In this document: in pieces, positions 18,118 to 27,966 of the stretch
How the letters are laid out: every line of letters begins with the position of its first letter
Position numbering within the stretch: the stretch's first letter is position 1
Source of the DNA: an uncultured Acetobacteraceae bacterium
GTDB lineage: Bacteria; Pseudomonadota; Alphaproteobacteria; Acetobacterales; Acetobacteraceae
Assembly: GCA_937873095.1 (NCBI GenBank)
Contig: CALMVI010000105.1
Coordinates: 14,432 to 78,431 of the forward strand
DNA: 64,000 bases
Reading direction: 5' to 3'
The notes under the pieces: model-generated
Database searches by the model: none
What the model was told of the DNA's origin: nothing
Seen by the model: only the letters and a program-made list of their open reading frames with translations
Position numbers and translations under genes: made by a program

Positions 18118-19002
18118 ATGGGGCAGGTCGTCATCCCGCGGGCGGACGCCAATCCCCGTGGTCCGAAATGGGCGGTCACTCCCGGCGGCTGGGATACCCA
18201 CGCACATGTCTTTGGTCCGCGTTCCCGGTTCCCTATCGGGAAAGAACGGCCTTACACGTCGCCGGACCAGGTCGCTGCCGATTACCTGGCCATGCTGGAT
18301 GCCATCGGGCTTTCGCATGGCGTCCTTGTCCAGCCCAGCGTCTACGGTCAAGACAATGCCTGTCTCCTGGACGCTTTAGGCTCAAACCCCGGTCGACTCT
18401 ACGGCGTCATCGACCTCGACGTGCTGGCGGTGTCCGACAGCGTCATCGAAGACCTTTGGAACGTTGGCGTCAGGGGCGTACGGGTGAGGCCCGCAGGCCA
18501 CGATCGGGGTTGGCTGGCCGACGTGGCTGGTCGCCTGCACGGGACGTCTTGGCACCTCGATCTTCTCATCGAGAACGTCGGCGACGTCGCCGATCTCGCA
18601 CACATGCTGCGCGGTGTTCCGGTGGATATGGTCATCGAAGCGATGGGTAATCCCAGAGCAGGCCAGTCAGTCGCCGAGCCTGGCTTTCAGTCGTTGCTGG
18701 ATCTGCTTCGCGATGGCACGTGCTGGGTCAAGCTGTCGCACGCATACCACATCGATCCCGATGGTGTGCCTTATCCAGCCACCATCCCGTTCGCCCGCGC
18801 GATCGTGCAGGCCGCGCCGCACCGTGCCGTCTGGGGATCGGACTGGCCGCATCCGATGCGCGCGAACCGCATGCCCAACGACGGCGATCTCATCGACCTG
18901 TTGCTCCCATGGGCAGGAAGCGTGGACCTGGCAAACCAGATCCTCTGCGAAAACCCACGGGTCCTGTATCGGCCCAAACCCTCAGAAAGGCACCGTTCGT
19001 GA
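18118..19002 (+). CDS. Amidohydrolase_2 family protein (LigI/LigJ-type lactonase/hydratase-like)
   Basis: 294 aa. The ATG lies 1 nt after the upstream stop. Motifs: ..GGWDTHAHVFGP.., ..SHGVLVQPSVYG.., ..AVWGSDWPHP.. Confidence 0.8.
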   Translation: MGQVVIPRADANPRGPKWAVTPGGWDTHAHVFGPRSRFPIGKERPYTSPDQVAADYLAMLDAIGLSHGVLVQPSVYGQDNACLLDALGSNPGRLYGVIDLDVLAVSDSVIEDLWNVGVRGVRVRPAGHDRGWLADVAGRLHGTSWHLDLLIENVGDVADLAHMLRGVPVDMVIEAMGNPRAGQSVAEPGFQSLLDLLRDGTCWVKLSHAYHIDPDGVPYPATIPFARAIVQAAPHRAVWGSDWPHPMRANRMPNDGDLIDLLLPWAGSVDLANQILCENPRVLYRPKPSERHRS

Positions 19003-20003
19003 CCAAACCAGTCGTTTTTGTTTCAGCACCAATTCACCAGTCGGGGCTCGACCTCCTCCGGCAATCCTGCGAGCTCATCGAGCTCAACCACCCTGTCGCG
19101 AGCGATTCTGACATCGAGGCCGCGTTGTCGCGGTGCGACGCCGTCATCATCCGGTCCATGCCCTTGACGGCCGCACGCATGGACAAGGCGCCAAAGCTGA
19201 AAGTGATCGCGAAGCATGGCGCAGGCATGGATTCCATCGACATCCCGGCAGCGACGGAGCGCGGCATCATCGTCGCGAACAGCGGCGACGCCAATTCGTT
19301 CGGCGTCGCCGAACACGCCGTCGCGCTCATGCTTGCCGTGCTCCGCAACGTCCGGACGATCGACAAGGTCACACGCGACGGCGGGTTCCTGCGTCGCGAG
19401 AGCTTCTACCTGGGCGATCTGTGGGAAGCCACGGTGGGGATCGTCGGCCTCGGAAACATCGGCCGTTACGCCGCGCACATGGTGGGGCGGGGTTTCAATG
19501 CCAGGGTCCTCGGCTTCGATCCCGTGGTATCCGCCGCCGACATGCACGAGTTCGGTGTCGAGAAGATTGAAGACTTGAGGCAGCTTCTGTCTCGATCCGA
19601 TGTCGTCTCCATCCATACGCCGCTGAACGAGAGGACGCGTCATCTGATCGGCAAGGCGGAACTTGCCGTCATGAAACCCGGCGCTATCATCATCAACACA
19701 TCGCGGGGCGGTACGATAGACGAAGCCGCTTTGATCGAGGCTCTGCGATCGGGAGCGATCGCTGGAGCCGGCATCGATGTCTTTGAGCGTGAGCCGCCTG
19801 AGGTCAATAATCCACTTTTTGAACTCGACAATGTGATCGTCTCGCCGCATATCGGTGGTGGCACGAACGCCGCGCGGCGCAATGCCGCCTTGCGGTCGGC
19901 TGAAGCCGCGCTCGCCGTGCTCTCTGGTCAGCAACCCACCTATTTCATCAATCCCGAGGTGACGGCACATGCGCGGGCTTCCACATCGGTGGCCGCCGAG
20001 TAG
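18999..20003 (+). CDS. D-isomer-specific 2-hydroxyacid dehydrogenase
   Basis: GTG 18999 overlaps the upstream TGA (GTGA). 334 aa with ..GIVGLGNIGRY.., ..SIHTPL.. and ..VSPHIGG.. Confidence 0.85.
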   Translation: MTKPVVFVSAPIHQSGLDLLRQSCELIELNHPVASDSDIEAALSRCDAVIIRSMPLTAARMDKAPKLKVIAKHGAGMDSIDIPAATERGIIVANSGDANSFGVAEHAVALMLAVLRNVRTIDKVTRDGGFLRRESFYLGDLWEATVGIVGLGNIGRYAAHMVGRGFNARVLGFDPVVSAADMHEFGVEKIEDLRQLLSRSDVVSIHTPLNERTRHLIGKAELAVMKPGAIIINTSRGGTIDEAALIEALRSGAIAGAGIDVFEREPPEVNNPLFELDNVIVSPHIGGGTNAARRNAALRSAEAALAVLSGQQPTYFINPEVTAHARASTSVAAE

Positions 20004-20147
20004 CGGCCGCGTCTAGCCGCCCGCGCGCAGAAAAACGGCGCCGCGCTCGCACGTGATTTGAACTTCCCGACCTCCCACCGTATGAGGATGGTCGAGCCAT
20101 TTGAGGACGGACCCGAAGAGGTCCGCCGGGCTCCAGGGAGGTCCACA

Positions 20148-20897
20148 ATGTTCAGGATGAGGAGTCCTGGCCTACACGCCGGGTCCGGCGCGCCGGAGCG
20201 GATAGCGGTTTCAACCGGCGCAGAACCGATCCAACCGGAATCACGGTTCAATCTATTCAGCCTCTTGCCAGCGCAAACGCGGGCGGCGTTCATCGCCGCT
20301 TCGCGCCCCCGCACCGTCTTGGATGGCAGCATCGTCTACCATCAAGACGACGTCGGAGGCGAGATGTATCACATCATCTCCGGTGAAGTGAGATTGTTCT
20401 TCCTCCACCCGGATGGCCGGGAACTCGTGTTCACAACGTTCGAGCCGGGTGACTGCTTTGGAATAAGCAGCCTGATCGACGGCGCTCCACTGCCACACAC
20501 CGCGGAGGCCCGTGGGCGGCTGAAACTTCACGTCGTCACCAGGAGCGCCTTCGATAAGCTCCGTGCGGATCACCGCCCGTTCGAGGACGCACTTCTTCAA
20601 CTACTCTGCAGGCACATGCGTGTTCTCAGCACCTACGTCACGGACGCTACGCTGGACGGTCTGTCGCAGCGTTTAGCCAGGCGGCTGCTCGATGTTGCGC
20701 GACCCGGCGACGACGATACACCGGCTGTCCGCCACTCACAGGCGGAGCTCTCGCTCATGTTCGGTGTGTCGCGTCAGACGATCAACAAGCTCCTCCAGCA
20801 GTTCGAGCATGATGGCCTCGTCCGCTTGAGCTACGGCGCGGTGCAATTGAAAGATCCGCCCGGGTTGCGCCGCCGCGCTGCGGCCGGGCCCGACTGA
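20148..20897 (+). CDS. Crp/Fnr-family transcriptional regulator
   Basis: ATG 20148 with GGGAGG 6 nt upstream. It has a cNMP-binding-like roll (..GEMYHIISGEVRLFF..GDCFG..) and a C-terminal HTH (..SQAELSLMFGVSRQTINKLLQQFEHDGLV..). Confidence 0.8.
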   Translation: MFRMRSPGLHAGSGAPERIAVSTGAEPIQPESRFNLFSLLPAQTRAAFIAASRPRTVLDGSIVYHQDDVGGEMYHIISGEVRLFFLHPDGRELVFTTFEPGDCFGISSLIDGAPLPHTAEARGRLKLHVVTRSAFDKLRADHRPFEDALLQLLCRHMRVLSTYVTDATLDGLSQRLARRLLDVARPGDDDTPAVRHSQAELSLMFGVSRQTINKLLQQFEHDGLVRLSYGAVQLKDPPGLRRRAAAGPD

Positions 20898-20909
20898 CAC
20901 GTGCGCGAT

Positions 20910-20925
20910 TGTCCGGGGTTTGACA
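20910..20925. promoter_or_regulatory. Crp-like imperfect palindrome overlapping a TTGACA hexamer
   Basis: TGTCC-GGGGTT-TGACA follows the TGT-N10-ACA pattern. It lies 65 nt upstream of the RraA-like gene and just downstream of the Crp-family gene. TTGACA is at 20920-20925. Confidence 0.25.
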
Positions 20926-20989
20926 CTGTTCCTGCACGGGAAACACTAATCTCACGGCGTTAGGACAACGGAATGAGGAAACGCCGGAA

Positions 20990-21697
20990 ATGAAGGTATA
21001 CCGCCACATCCCGCAATGCGATCCGCTGCTCGTCGAGGCGGTCGGCAGGTTCAGCGTCGCGGATTTGCATGAATCCATGGACGTGATGGCGGGCCGCATG
21101 GCGCTGTTCGGCCCCGCCATCCGACCGATCAATCCGGGGCTGCGTGCTGTTGGCCAGGCCGTAACGGCCTTCCTGTTTCCGGGCGATGGGCTTCTTGGCC
21201 ACAAGGCTGTGCAACTGATCAAGCCCGGGCAGATCCTCGTCGTCGCAAACGGGGGGGCCGGACCGCAGACGATGTTCGCCGAACTCGTGGCATTGGCTGC
21301 CGAGGCGGCAGGTGCCCGGGGGGCGGTCGTCGAGGGTCATGTCCGTGACGTCGAGGCGCTGCGTACCATGCAGTTCCCGGTATGGGCCAGCGGGGTCTAC
21401 GCAGGACACACGGGAAAGAACGGACCGGGGTTCGTCAACGTGCCGATCGTATGCGGTGGTGTCCGTGTCGAACCGGGCGACATCATCGTTGCTGATGACG
21501 ATGGGGTCATCTGCATCCCGCCTGCTCTGGCGCATTCGGTAATTGCCAAGGCGAAAGCCCGGGCGGAGCGCGAGGTGCAGATTCGCGCGGCCGTCGGCGG
21601 CGGGAAAGTTCTGTTCGACATCCTGAACCTGCAAGCTGCATTGGACAATGCGGGCGTCGAGGAGGTCGAAGGAACGTGGCAGACGGACAAGGGCTAG
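20990..21697 (+). CDS. RraA-family protein / 4-hydroxy-4-methyl-2-oxoglutarate (HMG/CHA) aldolase-like
   Basis: 235 aa with ..GQILVVANGG.., ..GAVVEGHVRDV.. and ..GDIIVADDDGVICIP.. Confidence 0.85.
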   Translation: MKVYRHIPQCDPLLVEAVGRFSVADLHESMDVMAGRMALFGPAIRPINPGLRAVGQAVTAFLFPGDGLLGHKAVQLIKPGQILVVANGGAGPQTMFAELVALAAEAAGARGAVVEGHVRDVEALRTMQFPVWASGVYAGHTGKNGPGFVNVPIVCGGVRVEPGDIIVADDDGVICIPPALAHSVIAKAKARAEREVQIRAAVGGGKVLFDILNLQAALDNAGVEEVEGTWQTDKG

Positions 21698-21753
21698 AGC
21701 AGATCGTGTTCATACGGAACCACCTGAACGCGTAAATCTGCTCACCGAAACAA
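21695..21753 (+). repeat. Palindromic intergenic repeat, copy A (TAGAGC...ATCTGCTCACC-AAACAA)
   Basis: 37/47 ungapped identities with copy B (50322-50371). It shares its head and tail with copy C (51950-51997). The ends are inverted (GAGCAGAT / ATCTGCTC). Its TAG is the stop codon of the RraA-like gene. Confidence 0.6.
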
Positions 21754-21757
21754 GGTG

Positions 21758-21797
21758 GACCATGACCGGTGAGCCGATATGCGGACCGGTCATGGTC
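21758..21797. repeat. Perfect 13-bp inverted repeat
   Basis: GACCATGACCGGT-(14 nt)-ACCGGTCATGGTC, inside a 480-bp spacer between convergent genes. Confidence 0.6.
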
Positions 21798-22179
21798 TGA
21801 TCTCACGGCAGGCGCGTGCCGCGCACGGGCAACCTTAGATGGCACGCTCGGAATTGCTCAGTTTCGTATGCTGTGCAACGAACCGATGGCGGTGATCGTT
21901 GTCGGCCAGCAATGTACTGCCGGCGAGATATACAGAGTACGGCCTGCTCCACCGCCCATGCTGCACGGCCGCGGATGAGAGCCTCGGGATGCCCTGACAG
22001 TAGATCGGCAACCATCCAGACCGACTGCGCCGTATCGGCGACCTGCGTGAGCAGCTGATCGAGATCGTGCGAACGTGCTGTCGCCGGTGGCGCCCGCTGC
22101 ACCGGAGCCCGCGAGCGACTTTACCCGCATCAGCGTGTGCTTGCGTTGTGCCCATGGAAGCGGGGTGGCGCACCGGCGC

Positions 22180-23931
<1,752 letters not shown>

Positions 23932-24149
23932 CGAATGTTGGCGGGCCTGGGAAGTATCAATTGATGGCGGTGATCATCAGCCCGAGATGGCGGCGCAGAA
24001 AGCGCCTGGCGTAACGCCATTGTGGCTCTCTTTGAGTTGGGTAACCCCGTCCATCGTTGCTCCATGTCGTCTTGCAACTGACGACTAAATACGATGGGGA
24101 CGCCCCAGACTGACTACCGGGAACCGGACCTCATTTGCCGGTTTGAGAC

Positions 24150-24330
24150 ATGCTTCGGTTCCACCCGATACGGCGGCGCACGGTCGGTGCCGACAAGGGT
24201 TACGACATTTCCGACCACGCGCCATGCCGGCTACGGCGTGAGCCAGCGTCTGCGCAGGCGGATCGAGGAGGTGTTCGACTGGATGGATCAGCGGCCGGGT
24301 TTCGTAAAAACCGTGGTCGCAACTGCAGGA
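24150..24330 (+). mobile_element. IS5/IS4-like DDE transposase remnant (internally deleted, frameshifted)
   Basis: ..RRTVGADKGYD.. in one frame and ..RHAGYGVSQRLRRRIEEVFDWM..FVKT.. in another. Both are conserved blocks of DDE_Tnp_1 transposases, and the roughly 60 aa normally between them are missing. Confidence 0.6.
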
Positions 24331-24358
24331 GGTGTCGTGTCCATGCCTGCTGTTCGCC

Positions 24359-26086
24359 TCATCGCAGCAGGTTTGACCGTGCGAGTTCCACGACCTCGTC
24401 GCCGCGCCCGCTCATCACCGCCTTGACCATGTAGAGCGTGAAACCCTTCGCCATGTCGGCCGTGACCTTGGGCGGCATGGCCAGCTCCATCCGGTTGACC
24501 ACCGCGTCGATCACCACCGGACCCGGATGGGCCAGCGCCTCCGCCATCTTCGTCTCCACATCGGCCGGATCATCGATGCGCACGCCGTGGATACCGGCCG
24601 CGTTCGCCATCGCCGCGAAGTCGGGGTTCTCGAGCGTGGTCCCGGTGTCCACGAAGCCGGACGATTTCTGCTCCAGCTCGATGAAGCCGAGCGCGCCGTT
24701 GTTGAACACCACGACCTTGATCGGCAGGCCAAGCTGCTTGGCCGACAGCAGGTCGCCCATCAGCATGGTGAACCCGCCATCGCCCGACAGCGACACGACT
24801 TGGCGGCCCGGGAAAGCGGCCTGTGCGCCGAGCGCCTGCGGCATCGCGTTGGCCATGGAGCCGTGCCAGAACGAGCCGACCAGCTTGCGCTTGCCGTTCA
24901 TCCTCAGGTAGCGCGCCGCCCACACCGTCGGCAGGCCGACGTCGCAGGTGAAGATCGCGTTATCGGAGGCAAGCTCGCTGATGGCGCGCGTGATGTGCTG
25001 CGGGTGCAGCCGGCCTCCGGGCTTGCCGCTCGCCAACTCGTCCAAGCCTTTGCGGGCGTCATGATAGTGCGCGACGCACGTGCTGAGGTGCTTGTCGTCC
25101 CGCTTGCCTTGCAGGTGGGGCAGCAGCGCCTGCAGCGTCGCACGCACGTCGCCGATCAGGCCACGCTCGATCGGTGTGCGCCGCCCGATCGCCTCGGGGC
25201 GGATGTCCACCTGCGCGATCCGCGCGCCTTTTGGGAAGAACTGCGTATAGGGGAAGTCGGTGCCGAGCATCAGCAGCCCGTCGCAACTTCCCATGGCATA
25301 GTAGCCGGAGGAAAACCCGATCAGCCCGGTCATGCCGACGTCGTAGGGGTTGTCCCACTCGACGTGCTCCTTGCCGCGTATGGCATGCACGACAGGCGAC
25401 TTCAGCGCCTCGGCAACCTGCAGCAGCTCGGCATGCGCGCCCTCGCACCCCCGGCCGCACAGCAGGGTGACGCGCTCGCAGCTGTTCAGCATGTCCGCCA
25501 GGCTGGCGATCGCCTCGGGCGGCGGGGTGATCACCGGCGCTGGCAGCAGCAGCGCAGAGGTGGACGGCACCGGCGCATCAGCGGCCGGCCGCAGCGCCAC
25601 GTCGCCAGGGATGACCACGACGCAGACGCAGCTCTCTGCCACGGCCCGGCGGATCGCGATCTCCAGCACCCGCGGCATCTGAGCCGGGCTCGAGACCAGC
25701 TCGCAATAGCTGCTGCACTCCAGGAATAGCTGCTCCGGGTGGGTCTCCTGGAAGTAGCCCGAGCCGATCTCGGGTGACGGGATGTGGGCCGCAATGGCCA
25801 CCACCGGCACGCGCGAGCGGTGGCAGTCGAACAAACCGTTGATGAGGTGCAGGTTGCCGGGTCCGCAGCTGCCGGCGCAGACGGCCAGCCGACCCGTGAC
25901 GTGCGCGTCGGCGCCTGCCGCGAAGGCGGCGACCTCCTCGTGCCGCGTGTGCAGCCACTGGATGCCGCCGTGACGGCGCAGGGAGTCGGTGAAGCCGTTG
26001 AGGCTGTCACCGACGATGCCGTAGACCCGTTGAACGTTTGCCGCGGCCAGAACCTCGACCATCTGGTCTGCCACAGTCTTTGCCAT
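24359..26086 (-). CDS. poxB: Pyruvate dehydrogenase (quinone)/pyruvate oxidase-type thiamine-diphosphate enzyme
   Basis: 575 aa from ATG 26086. It has a TPP-enzyme N-domain (..GIVGDSLNG..) and a ..GDGGF..NN.. TPP motif. The C-terminal ..FTLYMVKAVMSGRGDEVVELARSNLLR closely resembles the PoxB lipid-binding tail. Confidence 0.85.
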   Translation of the reverse strand: MAKTVADQMVEVLAAANVQRVYGIVGDSLNGFTDSLRRHGGIQWLHTRHEEVAAFAAGADAHVTGRLAVCAGSCGPGNLHLINGLFDCHRSRVPVVAIAAHIPSPEIGSGYFQETHPEQLFLECSSYCELVSSPAQMPRVLEIAIRRAVAESCVCVVVIPGDVALRPAADAPVPSTSALLLPAPVITPPPEAIASLADMLNSCERVTLLCGRGCEGAHAELLQVAEALKSPVVHAIRGKEHVEWDNPYDVGMTGLIGFSSGYYAMGSCDGLLMLGTDFPYTQFFPKGARIAQVDIRPEAIGRRTPIERGLIGDVRATLQALLPHLQGKRDDKHLSTCVAHYHDARKGLDELASGKPGGRLHPQHITRAISELASDNAIFTCDVGLPTVWAARYLRMNGKRKLVGSFWHGSMANAMPQALGAQAAFPGRQVVSLSGDGGFTMLMGDLLSAKQLGLPIKVVVFNNGALGFIELEQKSSGFVDTGTTLENPDFAAMANAAGIHGVRIDDPADVETKMAEALAHPGPVVIDAVVNRMELAMPPKVTADMAKGFTLYMVKAVMSGRGDEVVELARSNLLR

Positions 26087-26355
26087 GTCGGTGAACCTTT
26101 TCAATCGCGGTTCGTCGGAGTGGAAGGTGGCGAAGGCGGACACCGGCTCGCGTTCGGTGTGCAGCCGGTTGGCCAGGGCCGACACGTCGGCGTAGCTCAG
26201 CGACATGCCGCAGATCAATATGTCCTCGGGAGCAAGGTGCCACTCGCTCCGGATGATCGCGTGGAAGTGCGCGAAGGCGGCTTGCGGCAGGTGTCCAGTC
26301 CAAGACCGCGTGCCGCGATTGCCACGCCCTCCATGAACATGCCGGGATCATCAAG
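26087..26355 (-). pseudogene. Nitroreductase-family gene remnant (C-terminal third, frameshifted)
   Basis: ..DDPGMFMEGVAIAARGLGLDTC is followed, after a shift near 26285, by ..QAAFAHFHAIIRSEWHLAPEDILICGMSLSYADVSALANRLHTEREPVSAFATFH. There is no stop codon before the poxB ATG. The N-terminal part is absent. Confidence 0.55.
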
Positions 26356-26386
26356 GCGCCGGCGCCCAGCGGCGCTCGCTGGGCGA

Positions 26387-27247
26387 TCACGCCGCACTGG
26401 CGGCGAGCACGTCGCGGAACGGCTTCGGCACGCGACCGGACAGCATCTCGACGTCGCCGGTGACGATGTCGTAGGCGCCGCTGGCTTGGTGCGCCAGCAT
26501 GCCGACCATCATGTCGGCCATCGGCGGCGGCAGCCCACCCTGGGCGAGCATGCTCCTCAGCCGATCCTCGCCGACGACCTCAAAAGGCACTCTCTTGCCA
26601 GCGGCGTCGGCCAAGGCCGCCGCCCGCTCGGCCCCCGACAATGCTGCGGGCCCTGTGAGATTGTAGATGGCGCCCACATGGTTTTCACCGGCCAAGGCGC
26701 CGGCCAGCCCCGCCGCCACGTCTGCGCGCGAGACGAGCGACATGCGCGTGTCGGCCAGGCCCAACACCATGCCCATCTGCACGGCCGGTTGCGACATCTG
26801 CACGAAGGTTTCGGCGAAGAAGCTCATGCGCAGGATCGTCCAGCGCCTGGCGTCGCTGCGAAGCAATCGGTGCTCGCCGGTCCAGTAGGCGGCACCCATC
26901 GCCGGCTCGGCTTCCTCGCGCGTGCCGGTGGCCGACAGGAGGAAGATATGGCCGACGCCCGCCGCCACGGCCGCATCCACCATGGCCACCGCCTGCCGGC
27001 TGCGCACGCCAGGGCGCAGGTCGGCACCGGGGATGAGCAGCAGGCGGTCAAGCCCGGCGTAGGCCGCCGCCAGCGTCTCCGGCCTGTCGTAATCGCCCAG
27101 ACGCCCCTGCACCGCGCCCGCCGGCGCTTCGGGCTTGCGGCTGATGGCTATGATGTCCGCGTCCGGAGAACGGGCTTGCAGCCCCGCCACCACGCCCCGT
27201 CCGATAGTGCCGCCGGCGCCGCTGATACCGATCTTCACAGCCCTCAT
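26387..27247 (-). CDS. NmrA-like NAD(P)-binding (atypical SDR) protein
   Basis: 286 aa with an N-terminal ..IGISGAGGTIGRGV.. Rossmann motif. It is divergent from an HxlR regulator gene. Confidence 0.85.
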   Translation of the reverse strand: MRAVKIGISGAGGTIGRGVVAGLQARSPDADIIAISRKPEAPAGAVQGRLGDYDRPETLAAAYAGLDRLLLIPGADLRPGVRSRQAVAMVDAAVAAGVGHIFLLSATGTREEAEPAMGAAYWTGEHRLLRSDARRWTILRMSFFAETFVQMSQPAVQMGMVLGLADTRMSLVSRADVAAGLAGALAGENHVGAIYNLTGPAALSGAERAAALADAAGKRVPFEVVGEDRLRSMLAQGGLPPPMADMMVGMLAHQASGAYDIVTGDVEMLSGRVPKPFRDVLAASAA

Positions 27248-27252
27248 CCACG

Positions 27253-27263
27253 CACATTATGTG
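27253..27263. promoter_or_regulatory. Small palindrome CACAT-T-ATGTG in the NmrA/HxlR divergent spacer
   Basis: Perfect 5-1-5 palindrome, 6 nt upstream of the NmrA start. It could be an HxlR operator half. Confidence 0.2.
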
Positions 27264-27361
27264 TGTTACGATGTGATCGGCCTGAACGTTCGGCACAAGA
27301 CGCACGGCAATGTCCGCTAGGCACACCGATGTTCGTTGGAAGCCGCAGCCAAGAGGAGACG

Positions 27362-27769
27362 ATGATGCCACCTGCGGTCGCCCTTGCCGCCAAGACATCG
27401 CTCCGGCCGGAGAGCCGCGACTGTCGCGGGCTGGCGCAGATCATCGACCGGGTTGGCGACAAATGGACGGTGATGGTCGTGGGGCACCTGTCCGAGCACG
27501 GCACCCTGCGCTTCAACGCGCTGATGCGCGCCATACCCGGCATCTCCCACCGCATGCTGACGCTGACGCTGCGCGGGCTTGAGCGTGACGGTCTGGTCAG
27601 GCGGACGCCGTATGCGACGGTCCCGCTTCGCGTGGACTACGAGCTTACCACGCTTGGGGGCTCACTGACCGAGCCGCTGGCGATGCTAGCGCACTGGGCC
27701 GGTGCCAGGCGTGAGGAGATCGAGACCGCGCGGGCCGAGTACGACACTGCCCGTTCGCTGGCAGCCTGA
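27362..27769 (+). CDS. HxlR-family transcriptional regulator
   Basis: 135 aa with a GAGGAG RBS. ..VGDKWTVMVVGHL..LRFNALMRAIPGISHRMLTLTLRGLERDGLV..VDYELTTLG.. Confidence 0.9.
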   Translation: MMPPAVALAAKTSLRPESRDCRGLAQIIDRVGDKWTVMVVGHLSEHGTLRFNALMRAIPGISHRMLTLTLRGLERDGLVRRTPYATVPLRVDYELTTLGGSLTEPLAMLAHWAGARREEIETARAEYDTARSLAA

Positions 27770-27852
27770 CCGTTATTGCCAAACTTCAGCGAAAGCCCAG
27801 TCGGTCATCCTCGATGACGGATCTGCGCTCTGCGCCGCGAGGAACTGAGCTG

Positions 27853-27876
27853 GAGCATGGTGCTCGCCCCATGCTC
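27853..27876. terminator. Hairpin between convergent genes
   Basis: GAGCATGG-(8 nt)-CCATGCTC, with no U-tract. Confidence 0.15.
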
Positions 27877-27966
27877 TCGCCCAAGACGATCGAGGAATGC
27901 AGCTCTCCGGTCGGGAAAGTCGCCGGTTTGCCCGGCCACGTCTGAAGCGTGCGCCTCGTCCATACT

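Noticed and set aside
25784-27361. The N-terminal 526 codons of ORF 25784-27769
   Set aside because: This part runs antisense through poxB and the NmrA-like gene. Only the last 135 codons (HxlR, own RBS at 27353) look real. The same logic was applied to the long 5' extensions of ORFs 9516-13577, 29196-31721, 30071-32014, 41445-43229 and 60484-62562.
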